Of a stretch of DNA of 29,054 nt, positions 6,800 through 16,200 are shown one piece after another. The notes below the pieces were generated by a model. The model did no database searches. It worked only from the letters and a program-made list of their open reading frames with translations, and had not been told where the DNA came from. Made by a program: the position numbers and the translations under genes. Source of the stretch: a virus (taxonomy: Duplodnaviria; Caudoviricetes); the IMG/VR virus record IMGVR_UViG_3300020365_000093, positions 1 through 29,054 of that record. One strand, given 5' to 3'. Each line of letters begins with the position of its first letter. Within the stretch, counting starts at the first letter, position 1.

Positions 6800-9700
6800 T
6801 TATACTGCTTTTATCAAATATTTGACTCTGTGATATTTAGTGATTAGTGGAATATCGTTTTCTGGTCTGACTTCTGCTCTAGTAGTAACAGGAGTAGAAG
6901 AACTCATTGTAAAAACACCATCAGATAGTGCTAGTGCAGCATCTTGTGCAGTAACACGTCTTCTTACTTCATTGATACCAACATCACTACCAACTTCAGC
7001 ACCACCATTTACGTTACCTGGAATTGTAGCACCTTCTGTTGCAGTAAACACATTTGATGTTACTTCTCCATAGAATAACGTAATACCAGCAAGACCATAT
7101 TGATCCTTAGGTCCAACAGCATTATCACCACCTGCTACTCTATCTTGTCTGAGGAATAAAGTAACACCTGATTCTCTTGCTTGAGATTCTGGTGGAAGAT
7201 TGATATCAATATCCTGCCAATCTGGGTTATTATTTGTAGCAGCCATGACTTGATCTAGCAATTGAGTATTGGTAGATCCTTGACGTTGATAATATACCAT
7301 CAAATCTTCTTCTGGATCATCACCACCATTCTGACCACTGCCACGTTTTACAGTAAATCTAATTCTCTCTACGTTTGATAAATTAAAAGTTCCAACCTCT
7401 AGTGATCGAATACCATTTTCTCCCATTCCAGTAAATTCAATATACTTCTGAACTTTAGAATCAATAGCTCCAACATTAGTTAGTGCAAAACCACCACTGT
7501 CGCCAGTACCAGTTCCCGCATCTCTTTGCTTGATCAAATCATCATTAGATGACTGCCAAACATCACCAGTAAATCCTGCGCCAGTTGGTATGCCATTTTC
7601 ATCACACAACCAATACTTACCAGTTGGAACACTAGGATCACCTTCATTTACTTCACCTTCACCACGACCAGTATATGAAACTACAATCTGACCCTGTTCA
7701 CCATTGCCACCAGGAGATTGTAACTGAATAACGCATGAAGGATAAACTCCATTAGTTTCAAATGATAGTGAAGCACCTGAACCACCGCCACCACCTGGAC
7801 GATCATAAAATAGTTCAGTCTGAGAGAACGAGATTTGAACCCAACCATCACTGTTTTGACCAGCTCCACCGTTAGATGAAGACATACTCAACCAATAATC
7901 GCTCCTATATGCTGATCTACCTCTTCTGCCACCAGATCCACCACCGTTACCATTGTGTCCAACACCAGCAACGCCACCAGAACCGCCATTATTTTGGTTG
8001 ACAATACCAGCGCCAGCACCGCCGCCGCCTCCACCACCAGCAGTACAACCACCAGATGTTCCATTAGTACCATCACTAAAGTCAATCGGTGAAGTATTGA
8101 TAAGACCGCCAGATTCATTCAAACCACCAGAACCAGCATAGCAACCATCAGTAGTTCCACCACCGTTGAAACCACCACCTGATCCACCGCCGCCACCGCC
8201 GCCGCCAGCACCAGCAATTGCGTTACCACCTAGGTAGATAGCAGTACAACCGCCTCCAGCACCACCAGTAGCACCGTTACCCCATGCACCAGTAGCACCA
8301 CGACCACCTTGTGCAGCACCGCCGCCACCATATGCAGGACCAGCTTCAGATCCAGTTCCAGTGTTACCATCTTTATTGTTGAAACCTTGCTGACCAGCTC
8401 GACCAATAATCCAAGATAGAGTACCACCATTAGCACTCAATGTACCTGTCAATAACTTACCAGAACTACCATTACCACCAACGGCACCACCTCCACAACC
8501 AGAGTTAGCATTGGGGTTGCCACGACCGCCACCACCACCAGACATTTGAATGTTGTAAATTCTAGATGTTACGTTACCACTTGGAGCAGGAATATTATAC
8601 GAACCATCATTGCCGAAATAACCAACGTTACCATTTGTAGTTTCTTCTCTAGCAGAAGATGATCCTGATCCACCAGCACCATCGGAACCAGGCTGTCCTC
8701 CACCAGAAGCTGCAGAACCAGAATTATATGGACCAGCAGCAGGAGAATCGTCTCCATCTTCTCCGTTGTTTACACTCCAGTCAAATCTAGGATCATTGAA
8801 CAGTGTTGCAGGAATTTGATATGTTCCTCCACTACCACCAGATCCACCACTATTACCTGCTTGTCCGCCATCACCGCCACGAGCAATGATAGTATATGAA
8901 ACACCATCAACAGTCATAGTCAGTCTTGCTTCGCCACCATCAGCACCACCACTGCTAGAGGTTCCACCACCTCCACCTGGAGCAGTTAGTTCTCCACGCA
9001 TACCAAACAGTGTTACACCCGAAGGTGCAGAGATATTATCAGAACCAGCAGAGTTTAAACTATCTGACTGAATGGTCTGCAAGTTACCTGGAATCTCAAA
9101 CTCATCAATCTTTCCACCAACTTTAGTGCTATTCTCTACAATATATGCCCTGGGTTGTGGGGTTGATGTTACTTCTGCAAAGAATCCATTTGCAAGTTTA
9201 CCAACAATAAAACCACCAGCAGGTGATGATCCTGGTGTACCATTATCTGTGTTTATAGTAAATTGATCTAGAGTGAGTCCTTCAGTTCTCACTTCAAAGT
9301 TTCCATTATATTCGGTTGGTGTTGCACCTTGAATAGTAACAATATTACCCGCTTCTAATCCATGTGCTCCATCAGATGATACAGTAATAACACCACCACT
9401 AAGTGTCATAGTGGTAATATTGAATGTTGCTGCTTCTGAAATTTTATATAATGGGATATTATCAGGAGTAACAGAATCAATATCACCAATACCAGAACTA
9501 TTACCATAGGTTGCAGCAGTTGCATTCTGCAATCTAGTGCCAAGCAAACCATGAGAGTGACCTAATGGATCACCACCTGCGGGTTCAAACAAACTAATGT
9601 TTGCTCTACTAGTAATATATGTAACAGCAAATTTATCTACTTCAGAGTTTCCTCTTTGTACAATTCTTGCCTCATCTGCTTCAGCGGAAAGAATTCTATG

Positions 9701-10663
9701 ACCATGTTCTGGTGGGAAAGATAGTGGAATATCTACAAGAGGTCCAATAGTATAATCAACATAACCACTTGCAGTTGCTCTAACATCTGCAATAGTGTTA
9801 GTATATCCAGTCGTTTTTACATCACCAACTGAGAAAAACTCACCACTATCTACAAGAGTATCTTTTGAAATATACCATCTACCACCAGTCTGTCCGACAA
9901 AATTGACCAGTGCATTTTCAACTGTTGCTGTACCACTTCCATCAACTGGACCAAATCCAACAATCTTACGATCTCTATAATCTGGTAACTTGAATGTACC
10001 AATGTTGAATGGGTAGTCAGTAAATGCAAATCCTTTGCCAACACTAACTCTAGGAACTGTTCCATTGATAGAAACATCAATCAACCAAGTGCTAGTATCG
10101 ATTCCTGATAAATCAACTTCATATCCAACAGGAAATACTACTTTGTAGATATAATAATCAGTACCAACAAAAGTATATAAAGCTGGAGGTATTCCTTCAG
10201 TTTCGCCATCCAATCCATAGAATACATCTGGTTGAATAACTCCTGCAGGAAATGGACCTAATCCAGTATCACTGAAGAATCTAATATTTGATCCATCTGG
10301 ATATGGTTTAGGAGTAACTCCCATAATACCAGTATCCTTATAAAAAGCAAAGAATAACTCATTAGTTCCATCAATTGGCGTGATGAAACTCTTTGCTAGA
10401 AATCCTGGAGTATTCCTTACGGAAGTTTCTTGTCTAGTAGATCCTCCATACTCATTTCCAATGATATTGAATAGTGAAGGATATTCTCTGATTCTCAGTT
10501 CACTACCATCGCAATAGAGATATCCTTCGTATGAATAATGCGGATCTTGTGAATCAGTAACGAAAAACTCGTCTGCAAATACAGGCAACACAGATCCAAT
10601 AGGAGCATAAGTTTTTTTCTGCTCTGGATAGTAGTTCGCAAATTTTTGTCTGTAGACTGCCAT
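6800..10663 (-). CDS. Tail fibre/adhesin with collar domain and glycine-rich domains (1287 aa)
   Basis: PIGSV...YLYCDG...EYPSLFNIIGNEYGG...FKLPDYR collar motif; HxH motifs (EHGH, GHSH); long Gly-rich tracts; C-terminal YLIKA. Confidence 0.85.
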   Translation of the reverse strand: MAVYRQKFANYYPEQKKTYAPIGSVLPVFADEFFVTDSQDPHYSYEGYLYCDGSELRIREYPSLFNIIGNEYGGSTRQETSVRNTPGFLAKSFITPIDGTNELFFAFYKDTGIMGVTPKPYPDGSNIRFFSDTGLGPFPAGVIQPDVFYGLDGETEGIPPALYTFVGTDYYIYKVVFPVGYEVDLSGIDTSTWLIDVSINGTVPRVSVGKGFAFTDYPFNIGTFKLPDYRDRKIVGFGPVDGSGTATVENALVNFVGQTGGRWYISKDTLVDSGEFFSVGDVKTTGYTNTIADVRATASGYVDYTIGPLVDIPLSFPPEHGHRILSAEADEARIVQRGNSEVDKFAVTYITSRANISLFEPAGGDPLGHSHGLLGTRLQNATAATYGNSSGIGDIDSVTPDNIPLYKISEAATFNITTMTLSGGVITVSSDGAHGLEAGNIVTIQGATPTEYNGNFEVRTEGLTLDQFTINTDNGTPGSSPAGGFIVGKLANGFFAEVTSTPQPRAYIVENSTKVGGKIDEFEIPGNLQTIQSDSLNSAGSDNISAPSGVTLFGMRGELTAPGGGGGTSSSGGADGGEARLTMTVDGVSYTIIARGGDGGQAGNSGGSGGSGGTYQIPATLFNDPRFDWSVNNGEDGDDSPAAGPYNSGSAASGGGQPGSDGAGGSGSSSAREETTNGNVGYFGNDGSYNIPAPSGNVTSRIYNIQMSGGGGGRGNPNANSGCGGGAVGGNGSSGKLLTGTLSANGGTLSWIIGRAGQQGFNNKDGNTGTGSEAGPAYGGGGAAQGGRGATGAWGNGATGGAGGGCTAIYLGGNAIAGAGGGGGGGGSGGGFNGGGTTDGCYAGSGGLNESGGLINTSPIDFSDGTNGTSGGCTAGGGGGGGAGAGIVNQNNGGSGGVAGVGHNGNGGGSGGRRGRSAYRSDYWLSMSSSNGGAGQNSDGWVQISFSQTELFYDRPGGGGGSGASLSFETNGVYPSCVIQLQSPGGNGEQGQIVVSYTGRGEGEVNEGDPSVPTGKYWLCDENGIPTGAGFTGDVWQSSNDDLIKQRDAGTGTGDSGGFALTNVGAIDSKVQKYIEFTGMGENGIRSLEVGTFNLSNVERIRFTVKRGSGQNGGDDPEEDLMVYYQRQGSTNTQLLDQVMAATNNNPDWQDIDINLPPESQARESGVTLFLRQDRVAGGDNAVGPKDQYGLAGITLFYGEVTSNVFTATEGATIPGNVNGGAEVGSDVGINEVRRRVTAQDAALALSDGVFTMSSSTPVTTRAEVRPENDIPLITKYHRVKYLIKAV

Positions 10664-10664
10664 T

Positions 10665-11978
10665 TTAGTATTTGATCAGAAATTCTTGAACAAGATAAGG
10701 TTGAATGTATTGGTCCGCTTTATTCTCTGGATTTACTGTAATTCTAATCGTAGAAACAATTTCAGATGCAGGGATAAAAGTAGGACTCGTAGTCACTTTA
10801 TATGTATGGGCTTGTTGCTCATATAAAATTTCATGTCTATGAGTAGCATCATTACCATATTCTTCAACAAAATTGATTACATTGTTGATAGCACCAAATG
10901 CTTCAATATCAGGAACTGTATCAAAGGGAACTTGAGTATCTGAATAGTTACCAGGAACTTTTACAGCACCATCTTTATCATTACATTCAATAGGTCCAAT
11001 AGAACAAGGTTGATTTACTTTACATCCCATATCACCTTGATATTCAACGCCATCATCAACACCACAAGTAAACGAATCTCCACCCCAAACAGCAAAACCT
11101 TGCTGACTTCCACCCTGAGCACAACCAAATGTTCCTTGACCAGGAACATTATTTGGCATCAAACATTCGTTAGAAGAAACAAAGTTACAACCTGACCAGC
11201 AAGCACCATAATATTCTCTCTCATCCGCCTGTCCCAAAAACTGACAGTCACCACTGTTTAGTCTCTCAACATCTGCTGCTTTCAATCTACTAGCATATGC
11301 TTGACATAGTGGTTGGAATGTATTATTTGCCCAAGGCATAATACACAAACTGGATTTTGATTTATATGAATTTCTACCAAACGTAGCAAATTCACTAGTA
11401 GGAGAAGCAACACGAGTTCTTTTACCATCATGGAAGTGACCATGAGGTTGCCATGCTGTTGCTAGAATATCACTTTCTTCCGTAAAGTTACCAACATTTC
11501 TAGTAAATCCTGGTTCTCCAGTAATATCAAGTTCTTGTGATGGTAGGAAGAAGTTACCTTGATATTGAATCTCGTATACTGTACCAATGTTGGAGTTTAC
11601 TTCCATACCAACACCAGATTTAGAAATAGTTCTATCTGAATCATCCAGAAGATAAGTATCTAGATAATCACCAAGGTTAGATCCATTTGAAGCATTGATA
11701 GACTTTGATCCGAAATCTGGAAGTTGGAATTGATTGTCCAACAACTGAGTATCTGGTTTTTTATATCTGCTAGAATCTCCAACTCCAAGAACTTCTGCCA
11801 ACTCAGGGAATACTTCTGCTTGATAGACAGAACCATCACATCTCAAATAACCAGCAGGAAGTTTCTCTAATGTAGTTGTATCTTCGGGATCAGCACTTGG
11901 TATCTCGCGAGACCAATTGATAATAGATCCCGTAAGTGTTCCAATCTTTGATTTTTCTCTCTGATAAAATACTGCCAT
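10665..11978 (-). CDS. Tail collar domain protein (short fibre/baseplate-like, 437 aa)
   Basis: GSII...PAGYLRCDGS...FPELAEVLG...FQLPDFG; HGHFH and HRH; C-terminal QPYLVQEFLIKY. Confidence 0.85.
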   Translation of the reverse strand: MAVFYQREKSKIGTLTGSIINWSREIPSADPEDTTTLEKLPAGYLRCDGSVYQAEVFPELAEVLGVGDSSRYKKPDTQLLDNQFQLPDFGSKSINASNGSNLGDYLDTYLLDDSDRTISKSGVGMEVNSNIGTVYEIQYQGNFFLPSQELDITGEPGFTRNVGNFTEESDILATAWQPHGHFHDGKRTRVASPTSEFATFGRNSYKSKSSLCIMPWANNTFQPLCQAYASRLKAADVERLNSGDCQFLGQADEREYYGACWSGCNFVSSNECLMPNNVPGQGTFGCAQGGSQQGFAVWGGDSFTCGVDDGVEYQGDMGCKVNQPCSIGPIECNDKDGAVKVPGNYSDTQVPFDTVPDIEAFGAINNVINFVEEYGNDATHRHEILYEQQAHTYKVTTSPTFIPASEIVSTIRITVNPENKADQYIQPYLVQEFLIKY

Positions 11979-11979
11979 A

Positions 11980-13227
11980 TTAGAATGCCCTGATAATCAT
12001 CAAAGTAACCAAAGAGGGTGTATTTGGATTGATTTCTACGCTCAAACCCCTATCAACACTGATAGGTTCGACATTACCCGTGGTCATATTATTTATGAGC
12101 AATGTGCCAGGTAAACTCATCTGACCATTAGTCATGGTAACATCAATCGTGAAGTGATTATGAGATCCCAATGATGATGAAGCAAATGTATCATTAGGGT
12201 GATTCAATGTAACAGGATAAGTTTTTGTATTATCTTGTCCTCTAGCTGCAGAAACATCAGTAGTGTCATAATGGTTTATCTGACCTTGATAATTTCCTGG
12301 AGGAGGATATGGACCAGAAACAGCAGGTTGTTGAACGTTTACGATACAAGAGTTGTCATCCTCATATTCATTTGTATAAGCATACTGAGAAACAACACGA
12401 TCCACTGATGGAATAGCAGGAACTGCATTTGGTGCAGTAGTATAATCTTTGAAACTATCTAAAGTTGGAAGCGTAACAGATGCATCATCATATACTGTCC
12501 AAAAAATATCACCTGGATTGAATCTATCAGCAATTGTTTCTGCTGGGTTGTGTCCATCAGAAGCACCAGTAGTATATTCTGTATTTGAAACTTCAAATAC
12601 ACCTGCTTCAAACATACCAATATATGTACCACCAGTTTCCACAGATGGATAAACTCCATCTGCTGGTCGTGGGTGTGTATGTGCTGGTGTATGTTCCACA
12701 CCCAATTTTCTAGGAATAACTCTAATGTTATCAAAGTATGCTGGAGGATCTAGTGCAATACCTTTGATCTTACCAGAAAGTTGGGAAGTATTGTCTACAC
12801 TAAATTCAATATCAACATAAGATACAATGTTTGTCAATGGTTGAGCTTCAGAGTCTTGACCATTTTCAGAAACATATTCTCCAACACGTACCAAATCTTC
12901 AGCAGCAAGTCTTTGACCTTCCAAGTCAATCATACTAACACCATTTAGTGTTGGTAGATTAAATACATCACTATCATTGTACTCAGGATAATTATTTGAA
13001 ATTCCAATGAAAGGTTGCCCTGCTTCAGAGAAGGGACCATACTGATTTTTTAAAATTTGTGCTAGAAGTGGATACTCGCTAGCTTTTAGTTGTTGCCCTC
13101 TGCAAACTAACCACCCTACGGGGATCCCAGTCTCAGAGAGACCCCCCGTAGATGAACTACCCGTATAGGGCATGATAGTACCAATAGGGGCGTTTTTAGA
13201 CGCCCTGATTCTATTGTAACTTGCCAT
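11980..13227 (-). CDS. Tail collar domain protein (short fibre/baseplate-like, 415 aa)
   Basis: PIGTIMPY...PVGWLVCRGQ...EYPLLAQIL...FNLPTL; PAHTH and SHNH; C-terminal MIIRAF. Confidence 0.85.
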   Translation of the reverse strand: MASYNRIRASKNAPIGTIMPYTGSSSTGGLSETGIPVGWLVCRGQQLKASEYPLLAQILKNQYGPFSEAGQPFIGISNNYPEYNDSDVFNLPTLNGVSMIDLEGQRLAAEDLVRVGEYVSENGQDSEAQPLTNIVSYVDIEFSVDNTSQLSGKIKGIALDPPAYFDNIRVIPRKLGVEHTPAHTHPRPADGVYPSVETGGTYIGMFEAGVFEVSNTEYTTGASDGHNPAETIADRFNPGDIFWTVYDDASVTLPTLDSFKDYTTAPNAVPAIPSVDRVVSQYAYTNEYEDDNSCIVNVQQPAVSGPYPPPGNYQGQINHYDTTDVSAARGQDNTKTYPVTLNHPNDTFASSSLGSHNHFTIDVTMTNGQMSLPGTLLINNMTTGNVEPISVDRGLSVEINPNTPSLVTLMIIRAF

Positions 13228-13230
13228 TTA

Positions 13231-16200
13231 TTAGACCTCCATTAGCCACCAACCCTGGACTGAGGTTGGAATACCCGTTTGATTATTACTATCAGTTGAA
13301 CCCAAGTAAACCAATCCAAACGCTGCATTTGGTGTTTGTACAACTAGTTCTCCTGAAGGATATGTAGTCAATCTACCACCGAGTAGTGTGCCTTGAGCAT
13401 CTCCCTGAATCGTAGTTCCAGAAGTTTCTGGAGTTCTAACTACGAGAGATGTATCATATCTGAGATTACCGCCAACTTCGATGATTCTAATAACATCACC
13501 AGTTTGTGCAGTTTCAGGAAGTGTAACAATAAGAGTTTGTGCTGCCTGAACATTTACCATGTAGATAATGTTTGACTTCAAGTTCAACTCTTCTTCAGTA
13601 GAAGCAGCAGAGATGTATCTGGTGTGTCTACCACCTGTAGTAGTATAGAAATTAGTAAATCCAAATGCATCGATCGATTGATCTTGCTTGACAGTAAAGT
13701 CATTAGCACCATTAGGTCCAAGATTACCAATTCTAAATGGTTCACTAGTTGGTGATGGTGTTGCTGCTGCTACACCAGTAATATTCAATGTTGTTTGAAC
13801 CGTGGCATTACCAAAGTTATCAACAGAGAATGTTGGAGTATCATCATCAGGGTTGAAGAGAACGTTCTCTGGGCAAGAAGTGCCGAAGAGATAGAAGTCA
13901 CCTCTACCAATAATACCAGCATTCCACTGAATTAGACCTTGGTGATCAGCGTGACCATCATCATTGAATACTCTAAAGATGGTAGACTCACCAACACTAT
14001 CCTTGATGTGTAGGTTACCGCCAATCATTTCAAAGTCATTAGCAAGGTAGAAATTACCTCTTCTGAATGGAATAGCACCATCACGTTGCTGCTCATTCAT
14101 CACTGCCTTGTGCTTAGTGCCTTCTAGGCGAGCGACAAGACGCATAATACCAGGAGTCTTAGCATAATTACCAGTTGTTGGTAGATTATCAAAGTCCAAC
14201 CACTGGTTGTAATCTAGTTTTGTTTGAGCAATATATCCTTTATCAAGAATAACAGAGATATACTCAGTGCTTACACCAGACTGAACTCTGGTTCTAACTT
14301 CGATATCAAGAATATTACCATATTCAGAATGTCTAATAACTCTTCTTACGAGATCGCCAATTGTAAATTCAGCAGTCTCAGGTGGTTCGTTACCACTACC
14401 AAACATTCCAGTTTCGTCAGAAGTAGCAATATAATCTGCAACAAGTGTTGGGGTTGCAGTGTCAATAACGTCAACGATTAGTAGGACATTGACAAAACCA
14501 GAACTACCGAACGAAGATGTAGAACCAGTAACAATATAATCGCCTACCTGGAACTTACCATCATTGACTCCAAGTCCCTGAACTGGGATTTGATATCTAC
14601 TGGTGGTGCTACCAGTTTGTACAGCAGCACGAATGGTTGTAGAAGGTCCACCATCATTGATAACTGCAGGATCTTCCTGATAACTGACAACAATAGGATG
14701 ATTTTGTGTGCCAAGATTTTGCTTGACTAGACTGATCCATTGATCACGATCAGAGGTAGAAGGTTGAGAATCGCGAGCGAACTCAATCTCCATTCTACCA
14801 ATCCAGTTACCTAGGGTAGTAGTACCTGTGCAGGTATCTGTCTGCCATACTGGTTGATCTTCTTGTCCAGCGTTGATGATAAACTTCTCGTTTCTTTCAG
14901 CAACAAATTGAATACCAGATACAATCTGACCACCGCCAATAACCTCAGACAACCAGAGTTCATTAGAATCTGGAACAATACGCTCAATATAAGTGTCTTG
15001 AACGATAGTAATTGGTGCTTCGTTAGTAATAACTTGGATGTAATCACCAACTTGAATATCCGCAAGAGTTGCATTAGGAGTTGTGATAATAAGATTAGTA
15101 ATCTTATTGGTATTTGCCTGGGTGCTACCAGTAAATTCAACCTGATTGACTGTTCCACAACCACCCTTGATTGTTAGAGTGTTGTTGATTTCAGTTGTTC
15201 CACCAATTGTAATGTCTCCAGTTACAGAGTCAACAACAAATACCTCAGTCTCAGGATCACCACAGTCAGTAATTACGAATCTCTGGACATTTTGCTCTCT
15301 TGGATCACCAACCTTGATAACTTCACCCTGGTTGAAGATTCCGTCTCCATTGGTATCCTCACGATCAAGAATAACATAATCAACGTTAGGAACCAGTGCT
15401 CCACCAAACTCAGAGAGATAAATTGGAGCAGGATCAGTAGAAGCATCAACATCTTGCTCCAACCATGTAGCATCAAACTGAATGTTGACCTTATAGATTG
15501 GAGTTCTATCTGGGTGTGTGTCTAGAACAGCGGTGAAAGTACCAATGCTAGGTGGTTGACGGCGAACCTTGATATAATATGGAGCGATAGTAGTTCTTGT
15601 TAGTTCTACAATCTGAACAATTTCAGGATGGGTGCTTACGCCAACACCGCTATTGATAATGATAAAGTCATTCTCTGCGTAATACTGACCACCCTGAGCA
15701 TCCAGAGGTGCTCTTAGTAGTGGAATGTAATACTCATCACCAGATAGTGCAGGTAGATCCTGAGGTTCAATAACAGGTGTACCACCTAGGTTTGCTCTTG
15801 GTGCCTGGAATCCAGCACCACCCCATGCACCGTTACCTGCGGTATCAACTTCGTTATAACCAGCTTCGGCACTAGTAAGAACTTTGACATTGATAATATC
15901 GACGTTCTTATTGAATTGAGTATCACTAATAATACCGTCTTCATGAGAAGCGACAGCAGATCCCAACTGTCCTCTAGCACCATCAAATGCGAAGGAAGCA
16001 ATACCACCACAGATCTTGACATCTCCCTTGAATTCGGCAGATGCAATAACTTCTAGTTGGTTATTGATAGTAGTTGTACCACCCTGACCTGCAATGTTGA
16101 TCTCGGAAGCATTTAGACCAAAGTTGATAACAGAAGCAGAACCAGAGTTAGAGAAGAAGTCAACCTGACCAGCGGTAGTAGATAGTGTTACCGTGTCATT

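Noticed and set aside
7950-8970. CCA/CCG-rich low-complexity DNA as a tandem repeat or collagen-like region
   Set aside because: Explained by Gly codons on the minus strand; no Gly-X-Y periodicity
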